Below, piece by piece: positions 40,255 through 49,668 of a DNA stretch of 64,000 bases. The position numbers were made by a program, and so were the translations under genes. Origin of the DNA: an uncultured Desulfobacter sp. (GTDB lineage: Bacteria > Desulfobacterota > Desulfobacteria > Desulfobacterales > Desulfobacteraceae); NCBI GenBank assembly GCA_963665095.1, contig OY762069.1, positions 5,024,001 through 5,088,000 on the forward strand, in the 5' to 3' direction. Each line of letters starts with the position of its first letter. Positions within the stretch are counted from its first letter, which is position 1. The notes beneath the pieces are model-generated. The model worked only from the letters and a program-made list of their open reading frames with translations. It made no database searches and was not told where the DNA came from.

Positions 40255-42074
40255 GCGATACAAGTTACTTTGCCGCATTTAAGTGGGTTTATTCCCATCT
40301 TCAATCTTTTCGGAAAAAGCAGTTCTGGTTGCTTTTAGCCGCTATGTTTATAGTTGCTCTTTTTGAAACTGGCTCTTTGGGAACCATTGCATTTTTTTCA
40401 TCAGCAGTTACGGATCCAGAAAACGTTAAATCTTCTAAATACGTAGGAGTTATAAAGCAATTTGTTGATGCAGAGTTTTTAAATTCCTCTAAGGGACTGA
40501 TATATTCATCCGGCCTGTTGATGTGCTTTCTTATGATGGTTAAAAATGTTCTAAAAGCATTATCTAAATATGGGATGGCGAGATTTTCAGCAGCAATGGA
40601 AGCCCATTTTGGAGGTCTCCTTCTTAACGGTTTTTTAAGGCTGCCTTATCAGTGGCATTTGTCCCGAAACAGTGCAGACTTGATCAATGCCGTTCAGTGG
40701 CGCGTATATTTGGGACGCAATTTTTTTCAGCCGACGTTGAATATTTTCAACGACTTGTTAATGGTTTCAATTATGCTGATATCCCTTTTTGTTATTCAGC
40801 CGGTGGTTTCTTTTACAGTTTTGATTGTCTTGAGTTCAGCCGCCTGCTTTATCTACAAAGTAATTCGGGAAAAAATTGACAGGACCGCCAAAACCTCTCG
40901 CAATTATCAAATTGCAATTAATAAAGAAGCGGCAATGGCGATTCAGGGGATTAAGGATGTAAAGGTAGCCGGTGCCGAAAATGCTTTTGTTTTGAAATAC
41001 TACGATAGAGCAATTCCTCTTTCAAAAATTTTCGGGCTTCAGAAAATGTATGCTGACGCCCCTGTGTTAATTTTAGAAACAATCGGTTTTTTCATGCTGT
41101 TCCTGTCAATTTGTATTCTGCTGTTGGTGTTTGATATCACAACTGCGTATATGATCGGAACCATGGCACTTCTTGCCGTCACCGCGTGGAAAGTTCTGCC
41201 CGCAGCTTCTCAGATTTTAAACAGTCTCAGCAGTATAAGGAATTCCATCCCCTTTATTCAAACTTTAATAGAGTATGTTGAACAGATAGAGTCTGAACTT
41301 GACGGGAAAGACAATAAAGATATAAGACCGCTCTCCTTTGCAAATGCGGTTAAGATCAATAATGTATCTTTTGCCTATGAGGGGAATAAAGCAGATACAT
41401 TAAAGAATTTGGACTTTTTAGTTAGAAAGGGTGAGACTGTCGGCATAATAGGCTCTTCAGGTGCAGGAAAGAGTACTTTGGTTGATCTAATTATCGGGTT
41501 ATTAGGGCCTATAGAGGGAACAATCAATATCGACGATCAGGTTTTGACGCCGACAGTGGTGCCTTCGTGGATAAAGATTACAGGTTATGTGTCCCAGTCT
41601 TCATATATCTATGACGGAACCCTTGCTGAGAATATTGCATTCGGTATAAAGGAGGCTGACGTTGACAGAGCTTTAATCAAGGATTGCTGTACAATGGCTT
41701 CAATGAATGAATTTGTTGAGACCCTGCCTGAGGGGATTGACACATTTATCGGTGAAAGGGGGGTTAAACTCTCCGGCGGTCAGCAGCAACGTGTTGCCAT
41801 TGCAAGGGCGCTATATAGGAAACCTGAAATTTTAATATTTGATGAGGCAACAAGTTCCCTGGACACAAAGAACGAAACATCCATACAGAAAACAATTTAT
41901 AGTTTTAAGGGGTCTCAGACCTTGATTATTATAGCCCATCGTCTAAGTACTCTTGAAAAGTGTGATAGGGTGGTCTGGCTTGAAAAGGGGACGGTAAAGA
42001 TGATTGATTCGCCTGATAAGGTTATTTCTTTATACGGGAAAGATCAAATTGAAAATAAAGGCTGGCTTAAGTGA
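40251..42074 (+). CDS. ABC transporter, PglK/WlaB-like lipid-linked glycan flippase
   Basis: TM domain with extended first loop, GSSGAGKST, LSGGQQQR, IFDEATSSLD; located among glycan genes. Confidence 0.8.
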   Translation: MSDTSYFAAFKWVYSHLQSFRKKQFWLLLAAMFIVALFETGSLGTIAFFSSAVTDPENVKSSKYVGVIKQFVDAEFLNSSKGLIYSSGLLMCFLMMVKNVLKALSKYGMARFSAAMEAHFGGLLLNGFLRLPYQWHLSRNSADLINAVQWRVYLGRNFFQPTLNIFNDLLMVSIMLISLFVIQPVVSFTVLIVLSSAACFIYKVIREKIDRTAKTSRNYQIAINKEAAMAIQGIKDVKVAGAENAFVLKYYDRAIPLSKIFGLQKMYADAPVLILETIGFFMLFLSICILLLVFDITTAYMIGTMALLAVTAWKVLPAASQILNSLSSIRNSIPFIQTLIEYVEQIESELDGKDNKDIRPLSFANAVKINNVSFAYEGNKADTLKNLDFLVRKGETVGIIGSSGAGKSTLVDLIIGLLGPIEGTINIDDQVLTPTVVPSWIKITGYVSQSSYIYDGTLAENIAFGIKEADVDRALIKDCCTMASMNEFVETLPEGIDTFIGERGVKLSGGQQQRVAIARALYRKPEILIFDEATSSLDTKNETSIQKTIYSFKGSQTLIIIAHRLSTLEKCDRVVWLEKGTVKMIDSPDKVISLYGKDQIENKGWLK

Positions 42075-43096
42075 TGGGTTTTATACAGAATATATCTGCA
42101 TCCTCAAAAAAGTGGGTTCAGACCACTGAAAAATGGAATTCAAAATTTGATGAGGTCCATCATATTCACAGCCCACTTGAAAAAAATTCTAATAAACTAC
42201 GTTTTATATTAGGGGCAGGCCGAAGTGGAACCTCATGGGTTGGGCGAACCCTGTCAGAGAGTACAACCCCGCTGAGATACTGTCATGAAATTTTAACGTA
42301 TATTAATCCTTTTTTTTATTATTCCTCCAAAAATGATTACACTGCAGTGCATTACAAAAGTGATTTGTCTTATTACGCACCTCTTTTCAAGATTTTTTCA
42401 TATAGCGCATGCAAGGATGTTTCATTAAAAAAATTCATTCCAAAAAGAGAGTACCAGATAAAAAGAGATGACAAGGGCTTCGAGTGTGTTCTCCATAAAG
42501 AAGTTCATTCTCTTCTTGGTGCGGAAGCCATTGTACGGCATTTCAAATGTCCGGTGATATTCATTACAAGAAACCCTGCCTATGTGATCGACAGTTTATT
42601 TGATTATCACGATTTGAAATCAACAATATGGAGAAATGAATCCAATTATATTAAAGAGCCGGAGTTTCAAAAAAAGTTTCTCGGCAAAAAGGGAAGTGGG
42701 ATTGTTGAGGCGCTTTCAAAATACCCTGATGACGGTGATGTAAGGCAAAACACAATTGTGGGAAAAGCAATTACCGTGGGAGCCATAAATAAGATGTTAT
42801 TTGATATTGCGGGCCGTTATGAAAATGTTCTTTATGTTAAATATGAAAAGCTTTGTCATAATCCCATAGAGGTTTTCAGCCAAATTCATGGTTTCTTGGG
42901 TCTTGAATTTTCAAATAGTGAAATCCAAAAACTTGAAAATACAATGAGCACGAAAGATGAAAAATATGATCCTATGTCTATTTATAGAAATACAAAGTCT
43001 CAAATTGGTAGGAAGCTTAAAAGTTTAACATCGTCCGAATTTGATAAGATTGTTTTTATTCTAAATGCGTTAGGACTTTCCGAGGATTGCTATTAG
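42071..43096 (+). CDS. Sulfotransferase family protein
   Basis: 5'-PSB GAGRSGTSW, 3'-PB ITRNP...IDS, YEKLCHNP. Confidence 0.8.
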   Translation: MMGFIQNISASSKKWVQTTEKWNSKFDEVHHIHSPLEKNSNKLRFILGAGRSGTSWVGRTLSESTTPLRYCHEILTYINPFFYYSSKNDYTAVHYKSDLSYYAPLFKIFSYSACKDVSLKKFIPKREYQIKRDDKGFECVLHKEVHSLLGAEAIVRHFKCPVIFITRNPAYVIDSLFDYHDLKSTIWRNESNYIKEPEFQKKFLGKKGSGIVEALSKYPDDGDVRQNTIVGKAITVGAINKMLFDIAGRYENVLYVKYEKLCHNPIEVFSQIHGFLGLEFSNSEIQKLENTMSTKDEKYDPMSIYRNTKSQIGRKLKSLTSSEFDKIVFILNALGLSEDCY

Positions 43097-43114
43097 GGGC
43101 TTGGCAGAAAGAGA

Positions 43115-43867
43115 ATGCCAAACTTTTTAAACCTAATAAAAGAAAAATCGATAGCTATAGTTAATAGTTGTATCGATTACATATTGGAAAAGATTGGCGC
43201 AGAGAAAATTCATTGTCTGGGGGATAGTCACTTAAAATCATTCCGGTATCTATATCAACGGCGGTATCTTTATAAGACTGTATTTGACTTTTGCATTGTT
43301 CGCGGTGCTACTGCAAGCGGTGTACTTAATCCAGGTTCCAAAACACAGGGTTTCTCGATATTTAAAAGATATATGAAAGATAGAATTCAGAAAAAAGATT
43401 GGATTTTAATATGCTTGGGAGAGGTTGATTGCGGATATGTTGTCTGGTACAGATGTCAGAAATATAATACCAATAAAGAAGATGAGTTAGCTAAAACTGT
43501 AAATAACTATATCGGATTTTTAAACTATATTATATCAAAGGGCTTTCAAAAAGTTATTGTTTATAATGCCCCTTTACCAACAATAAAAGACGGACAAAAT
43601 TGGGGGGAGATTGCTCATTTGAGAAAGGAAGTTAAAAGTCCACTAAAAGAGCGAACATTGTTGACATTAAAATTTAATGCCCAGTTAAGGTCTTTCTGTA
43701 CTGAAAACAATATTGCGTTCATAGATTTAGAACGGGATATTCTTGATACCGATAAAATGATTATCAAAAAAAAATTTTTACACCCGAATCCTTTGGATCA
43801 CCATTTAAATCCAAAGGCGACAGGACCAATAATTGCACAAAAATTAAAAGAACTTGGATTTTCATGA
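43115..43867 (+). CDS. SGNH/GDSL-like protein
   Basis: LGDSH, GATASG, LGEVDCG and C-terminal DHHLNP. Confidence 0.6.
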   Translation: MPNFLNLIKEKSIAIVNSCIDYILEKIGAEKIHCLGDSHLKSFRYLYQRRYLYKTVFDFCIVRGATASGVLNPGSKTQGFSIFKRYMKDRIQKKDWILICLGEVDCGYVVWYRCQKYNTNKEDELAKTVNNYIGFLNYIISKGFQKVIVYNAPLPTIKDGQNWGEIAHLRKEVKSPLKERTLLTLKFNAQLRSFCTENNIAFIDLERDILDTDKMIIKKKFLHPNPLDHHLNPKATGPIIAQKLKELGFS

Positions 43868-44459
43868 AGAATTCCTGAGCCAAATAAGAGAACTTGCCAT
43901 CGTGAACGAATTTTTTTTTCGATTATTAAATAAATTAAAAAATAGTATATTTTCATTATTCTGGAAAAATAAGCTCGGCGCTTTTGGTAAAGGCTCTACA
44001 ATAGGACGTTTTGCTTTAATCAGTCATCCTAAGAACATTTTTATTGGCAGGGCCGTTCAAATTCAGCAGGGGGTAGTCTTGCGTCCAAGCAAGAATCATA
44101 AAATTGAGATTGGAAGTGAGTCTGGAATCAATCCATATACCGCGATCTACGGAAAGGTAAAGATCGGTAAGTGGGCAATGATTGCTCCCCACGTTATGAT
44201 AGCAGGGGGAAATCATGTGTCGGACGGGAGCGGCAGGCCCCTGATAAAATGTGGGAAAAGTTCTAATATAGGTATTATTATCGAAGACAACGTATGGATT
44301 GGTGCAAATAGCGTCATAGTCGATGGGGTGACTATTGGAAAAGGTTCAATTGTTGCTGCTGGCAGTGTTGTTATTAAAAATGTCGATCCATATCAGGTCG
44401 TGGGTGGCAATCCCGCCAAGGTTATCAGAGGTGTCAACAGCACGTTTCAGAATGAATAG
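43854..44459 (+). CDS. Hexapeptide-repeat (LbH) O-acyltransferase; start uncertain
   Basis: IIIEDNVWIGANSVIVDGVTIGKGSIVAAGSVV...GGNPAK. Confidence 0.88.
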   Translation: MDFHEEFLSQIRELAIVNEFFFRLLNKLKNSIFSLFWKNKLGAFGKGSTIGRFALISHPKNIFIGRAVQIQQGVVLRPSKNHKIEIGSESGINPYTAIYGKVKIGKWAMIAPHVMIAGGNHVSDGSGRPLIKCGKSSNIGIIIEDNVWIGANSVIVDGVTIGKGSIVAAGSVVIKNVDPYQVVGGNPAKVIRGVNSTFQNE

Positions 44460-44470
44460 CTGATTTAAAA

Positions 44471-45355
44471 ATGTTAGAAAAAATTCAACGAACTATTAAT
44501 TTAGTTTTACGGTTCCTTACTGCAGGTAAAGAACGTTTAAATCTTTCAAAGCTGGATCTTTCCCATTTAGATAAAACGGATAAAGCAAATTGGGAAAACC
44601 GGATAGCCGATGTAGTTTCATGTCCGGATAACCATTACATCCCCCGTCATGAATACGCGGGGAAAATCATAAATGGGAACTTGGTCCTTCACAATGGATT
44701 AATGATTTCTCCTCTAAGCTATTGTGGTTATCCAATGCTTCGGCTTTTTATGGAAAATAAAGGGGTTCACGAGCCACAGGAAGAAAGGGTTTTTCAGGAG
44801 ATATTAAAAGAGCTTCCTGATGACAGTGCTATGATTGAATTAGGAAGTTATTGGTCCTTTTATTCAATGTGGTTTAAAACCGTATTAAAAAAATCATGTT
44901 GCTACATGATAGAGCCCAACAAAAGCTGCTTAAAATTAGGGAAGAAGAACTTCAGGATAAATAGCCTTCAGGGAAAGTTTTTTAACTACACCATTGGGCA
45001 TCACCATAATAAGGGCGTGGTGCCTTCTATCTCTATCGATAAGTTCATAGAAAGGGAACAAATTGATTTTATTCATATCCTCCACTCTGATATTCAAGGG
45101 CAAGAATACAATATGCTCAGGGGAGTAGAAAAAAGTATCCAGGAAATGAAAATAGGGTATTTTATTATTTCAACCCACTCAAATAAGCTTCATTATCAAT
45201 GCAAGCAGTTTCTGGAGAGATATAAATTTGTCACAGTTGCATCCGCTGATATTGACCAGACATTCTCTTATGATGGCCTTTTGGTAATGAAAGCACCGTA
45301 TTTTAAAGGGATTGATAGGGTAGAAATTTCACTTAAAGGCAGCAATTCAAACTGA
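44471..45355 (+). CDS. FkbM-like methyltransferase
   Basis: MIELGSYWSFYS, MIEP, LHSDIQGQE. Confidence 0.75.
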   Translation: MLEKIQRTINLVLRFLTAGKERLNLSKLDLSHLDKTDKANWENRIADVVSCPDNHYIPRHEYAGKIINGNLVLHNGLMISPLSYCGYPMLRLFMENKGVHEPQEERVFQEILKELPDDSAMIELGSYWSFYSMWFKTVLKKSCCYMIEPNKSCLKLGKKNFRINSLQGKFFNYTIGHHHNKGVVPSISIDKFIEREQIDFIHILHSDIQGQEYNMLRGVEKSIQEMKIGYFIISTHSNKLHYQCKQFLERYKFVTVASADIDQTFSYDGLLVMKAPYFKGIDRVEISLKGSNSN

Positions 45356-45396
45356 GTCTACATACCACCTACCATCATGCGCTTTGGGGTAAAATA

Positions 45397-46110
45397 ATGC
45401 GAAGTTTATTAAATAGGGTAAAGCAGAAAATAATACCTCAGTTCCCCTTGCAATCATACTCTCAGAGTGGGGAAGATATTATTGTTAGCCGTGCTTTGAA
45501 TAAAATGGGAATAAGAAATCCTTTGTACCTTGATATTGGTGCCAATGACCCAGTTAAACTGAATAATACGTTCCTGTTATACAAAAAGGGCGGTTCTGGT
45601 GTGCTAATAGAGCCGGACCCTATTTTGTGCAGCAAAATCAAACAAAAAAGACGAAGAGATGCCGTGCTCAATGTCGGTGTCAGTGGTCAGGGATGCGGCG
45701 AAGCAGATTTTTTTATTTTGGATAATAATTATTTGAATACGTTTTCAAGAGCTGAAGCCGAAAGAATTCAAGAGTATGGAAAGCATAAAGTGCTTGAAAA
45801 AAGGCGGATTAAGCTGATTGATGTTAATACAATAATTTCTGAAAATTTTGATGAATGTCCGCATTTTATATCTCTAGATGTAGAAGGATTGGATTTTGAA
45901 ATTATTTCATCTTTAGATTTTAATCAACACCGTCCAGCTGCTCTTTGTGTCGAAACCATAACGTATACGGAAGATAATTCAGAATATAAGCGTATGGAGA
46001 TTATCAATTTTTTGAAAGAAAAAGGATATCTTCATTTTGCCGATACGTACATTAATTCAATATTTGTGGATTTTGTGAGGTGGAAGCACAGGGGACAAAG
46101 CCATAAATGA
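45397..46110 (+). CDS. FkbM family methyltransferase
   Basis: YSQSGED, YLDIGANDP, LIEPDP, SLDVEGLD. Confidence 0.88.
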   Translation: MRSLLNRVKQKIIPQFPLQSYSQSGEDIIVSRALNKMGIRNPLYLDIGANDPVKLNNTFLLYKKGGSGVLIEPDPILCSKIKQKRRRDAVLNVGVSGQGCGEADFFILDNNYLNTFSRAEAERIQEYGKHKVLEKRRIKLIDVNTIISENFDECPHFISLDVEGLDFEIISSLDFNQHRPAALCVETITYTEDNSEYKRMEIINFLKEKGYLHFADTYINSIFVDFVRWKHRGQSHK

Positions 46111-47252
46111 AAAGAGTTCTTTTTGTTTTCACATCAGGACGAAAGAAAAGGCTGCTGAGAAAGGATGTGCAAGCCTATCCAAAAGAATTCCTATTTGGCG
46201 CTCCGTTTCTCCAGCAAAAAGGATATGTGCTGGATATTCTTGAACTTGAAGAGCTTCCATTTGAATTAAAGTCAGTTCAATACCATATCCTTTTTTTTGT
46301 GAACTGGTTTGTCTCTTTATTTACCGGCGTTGTTTCAAGCTGGCACCTATTCCATAATTCGCAGCATCTTTTAAATGATTATGATTTGATTCTTTCATGC
46401 AACGAATATGTCGCTTCTGGTGTTGCATATTTGAAGTGCAGAAAAAAAATAAAGGGCGACCATATTTTTTTTGTAATGGGAATGCTTGCTAAAGTGGCCC
46501 TGTTAAAGAATAAAAACAGAGCACGTTATTTGTTTGCAACGTCAGTGTATCAGAAACTTATCAAAGGCTCAGAAAAAATTATTTTTATCGGCGAGGGTGA
46601 GTATAAATATGCAAGGAAGGCGTTTCGTGGCTGGAGGGATAAATACAGGTTTATTCCTTTCCCTGTAGATAACGAATTTTGGTCTAAAAAAGATCAAGAT
46701 TATGAATGCTTGCCGTATAAGAACTACGTATTGTTTGTTGGCAACGACAGACAGCGCGATTTTGAGTGTGTTGTTAATATAGTTATGCAAATGCAAGAGA
46801 CAAACTTTGTTATTATTTCGAAAAACAGTAATTTTGGATGCCTTCATGAATATCAAAATGTGACTGTGATCTCAGGGGATTGGAAGAGCCAGGCATTAAG
46901 TGATGTACAAATCCGGTCTTTTTATCAGCATGCCGACTTGGTTATTGTTCCCCTGAAGAATACCTTACAGCCGTCAGGGCAAAGCGTTGCGCTACAGGCC
47001 ATGGCTTGTGGAACGCCTGTAATGATTTCAAAAACAGACGGTTTTTGGGAACCCAGTGTATTTAGGCGCCAGCAACATTTGATCTTCATTAACTCCCAGG
47101 GTCATGACGAATGGGTCCAAGCAATCAGTCAGTTTTTGGGTAACAAAGATGAACTTTGTAAAATGAGTATTCAAGCCCAAAAAGTGGTTGGAAAAAATAA
47201 TAGCCTGGAAACGTTTGGTAACAAACTGGTCTCTGTTATAAATGAGTTGTAG
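46107..47252 (+). CDS. GT4-like glycosyltransferase
   Basis: FPVDNEFW, RDFE, ADLVIVPL...SGQSVALQAMACGTPV. Confidence 0.82.
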   Translation: MKRVLFVFTSGRKKRLLRKDVQAYPKEFLFGAPFLQQKGYVLDILELEELPFELKSVQYHILFFVNWFVSLFTGVVSSWHLFHNSQHLLNDYDLILSCNEYVASGVAYLKCRKKIKGDHIFFVMGMLAKVALLKNKNRARYLFATSVYQKLIKGSEKIIFIGEGEYKYARKAFRGWRDKYRFIPFPVDNEFWSKKDQDYECLPYKNYVLFVGNDRQRDFECVVNIVMQMQETNFVIISKNSNFGCLHEYQNVTVISGDWKSQALSDVQIRSFYQHADLVIVPLKNTLQPSGQSVALQAMACGTPVMISKTDGFWEPSVFRRQQHLIFINSQGHDEWVQAISQFLGNKDELCKMSIQAQKVVGKNNSLETFGNKLVSVINEL

Positions 47253-48525
47253 AAAATTCAAAATTCTGTACATTCATCATGGAAACATGATAGGGGGCGC
47301 ACCAACAAGCCTTAGAAATTTGATAAAAGGCTTATTGAAAGAGGATCAAGATATAGACATAACCGTTGCCTGCATTTCTTCGTCTATGATTCCTTTTTTT
47401 CAGGAAGTAAAAGGGATAAAAGTTAAGAAATATGTATTTGCGGATACCCAGCTGGGCCGGTATCTGATGGGGTGGAGTAAACTTTCAGTTCGCGGACTTC
47501 TTTCTTTGGGGATAACGTTTATCACTGCGTTGCCTTCCATTTTTGCTCAAATCCGGTTTATCAAATCTGAAGCACCGGATATTCTTCACCTGAACTCTTC
47601 AATACTATGGTCTGCGGGTATTGCAGGAAAACTGGCTCGTGTACCCATTATCTGGCACATTCGGGAAGCTTCAGATGATTATAAATACAACTTCCTAAGA
47701 ATCCTGTATTCCAAGCTTATTAAAATGATTTCTGGAAAGGTAGTCTGCATTGGGCCGCAGGAATACAAAAAGGTCGGTGGCAAAAATTCAAAGAACGTTG
47801 TGATGATCCATAATTCATTGGATGATTCGTATTTTGAGCAAATGCAAAATGATCAGGAAGCTATTCGGAAAAGAGTCAGTTTGCCTGCAAAGCAGTTCAT
47901 TTACCTGAGTTTAGGTGGTGATTCTTTTCGGAATGGCGCATTCCAGCTGATAGAGTCCCTGAAATACCTGGATGAAGATTATGCATGTGTCATTGCCGGT
48001 CAGCCACCGAAAATTTTAAGTTCAAAACCAGGAAAATGTGTCAAGCTTATATTAAAGATTGAAGATGAATTATTCCAAAAAGGTTTTAAGAATTATTTAA
48101 TATGGAAATATCAACATCGTTTATCGGAATCTTTAAATGCAGTTGACCATAAAAGACTTTTTCTACCCGGATTTCTGAAAGATGTTAAATGTTACATCAA
48201 GGCGTGCGATGTCCTGGTCTTTCCTGGTACTTATCCTCATTCCGCAAGGCCTATATATGAAGCCTGGGCCATGAAAAAACCCGTAGTGGGATTTGATTCA
48301 GAGGTGATGAGAATGGACGTGGAAGATGGGGTTGACGGTATAATTGTCAAGGAACATACTGCCGAAGCCCTTGCAAAAGCGCTGTCATATTTAAGAAATA
48401 GCCCGGATATTTGCAGGAAAATGGGCGAAGAGGGGTATAAAAAAGCAATTACCCGTTTTTCATTAAAAGAAAATACTGTTAAGCTATTAGACGTCTATCA
48501 ATCAATCCGTGAAAATAATATTTAA
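47242..48525 (+). CDS. GT4-like glycosyltransferase
   Basis: GGAPTSL, HLNSS, WHIRE, RPIYEAWAMKKPVV. Confidence 0.82.
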   Translation: MSCRKFKILYIHHGNMIGGAPTSLRNLIKGLLKEDQDIDITVACISSSMIPFFQEVKGIKVKKYVFADTQLGRYLMGWSKLSVRGLLSLGITFITALPSIFAQIRFIKSEAPDILHLNSSILWSAGIAGKLARVPIIWHIREASDDYKYNFLRILYSKLIKMISGKVVCIGPQEYKKVGGKNSKNVVMIHNSLDDSYFEQMQNDQEAIRKRVSLPAKQFIYLSLGGDSFRNGAFQLIESLKYLDEDYACVIAGQPPKILSSKPGKCVKLILKIEDELFQKGFKNYLIWKYQHRLSESLNAVDHKRLFLPGFLKDVKCYIKACDVLVFPGTYPHSARPIYEAWAMKKPVVGFDSEVMRMDVEDGVDGIIVKEHTAEALAKALSYLRNSPDICRKMGEEGYKKAITRFSLKENTVKLLDVYQSIRENNI

Positions 48526-49651
48526 TACCCGATATCCTGAAGCACCGGCGTCTCTTTTTTATATGTCAGGTTTTTCACGATCCAGACAAGTTCGTTTTTT
48601 TGATTGGGATGGTTATGAAAAATATGAGGTCGCACTTTTCATGACATATGATCAAGATATAAAAGAGCTTGTTGCAGCGAAAAAGAAAAACCCGAATCTA
48701 AAAGTCGGCCTGATTGACCCAAGGGGCAGCCGGGTCATAGATTGCCTGCCTTTTGTGGACTTTTTGATTGTCGATAGCCTGGAGATGAAAGATTTCTTTG
48801 CCGGAACCGGACTGCCCATATTATTATATGCTGAATATCCGGATATAAAAAATATCAGCAAACAGCATGAAAACGGGGAAAAGATCCGGATTGGATATCA
48901 TGGTAACAAACTTCACCTTGCCGGTATGTACCCGTATGTTTCTTCAGCCCTTGAAAAGTTGGGGGAAAAATATCCTATCGAACTCTGGGCAATGTATAAT
49001 ATCCGGGGACTTGGGAAGTGTCGGCTTGGGCTGCCCTGTAATATTCCGGTTCGCCATATACAGTGGGATATGGAAAACTATGGTGCGATTTTGTCTGAAA
49101 CAGATATTGGGATTGTTCCAAATCTGATGCCCATCCGCAATATTGATAAAATAAAAGCGAAAGCATCCCTGTTAAAAAAATTCTTCAATGATTCTAATGA
49201 TGATTATCTGGTCCGCTATAAAATGCCGTCGAATCCAGGAAGAATTATTGTTTTTGGCAAATTGGGGATTCCCGTTGTCACTGATTTTTATCCGTCGGCA
49301 TTTCAGATTATTCAGGATGGAGTAAACGGAAATTTAGTCTGCAGTCCCGGAGGTTGGTATGCTGCTCTTAAGGACTTGATTGAAAATCCAGGTCGCAGAC
49401 AAATTTTTGCAGAAAACTTGAAACAGACAATAAATAAAAAATATGATTATGATATTCAAAATCAGAATGCTTTAATCTTTTTTAAACAATTGCTGGAAGG
49501 CAATGTACGCAAAGATGATACCCCGTATGGAATAGAGAAGAAAGTATGTTGTCAAAGGGATTTGAAATTCTGGTCTTCTGTTGCCCGAATGGAAGTCGAT
49601 AAATGGAAATATGGACTGGGAACCCTGGGCAGGAAAATCGGAATTAGGTAA
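48509..49651 (+). CDS. Putative GT-B glycosyltransferase
   Basis: IGYHG, DIGIVP, LGIPVV...IQDGVNG C-terminal pattern. Confidence 0.6.
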   Translation: MKIIFNTRYPEAPASLFYMSGFSRSRQVRFFDWDGYEKYEVALFMTYDQDIKELVAAKKKNPNLKVGLIDPRGSRVIDCLPFVDFLIVDSLEMKDFFAGTGLPILLYAEYPDIKNISKQHENGEKIRIGYHGNKLHLAGMYPYVSSALEKLGEKYPIELWAMYNIRGLGKCRLGLPCNIPVRHIQWDMENYGAILSETDIGIVPNLMPIRNIDKIKAKASLLKKFFNDSNDDYLVRYKMPSNPGRIIVFGKLGIPVVTDFYPSAFQIIQDGVNGNLVCSPGGWYAALKDLIENPGRRQIFAENLKQTINKKYDYDIQNQNALIFFKQLLEGNVRKDDTPYGIEKKVCCQRDLKFWSSVARMEVDKWKYGLGTLGRKIGIR

Positions 49652-49668
49652 CAGAAGGAAATATTTTT

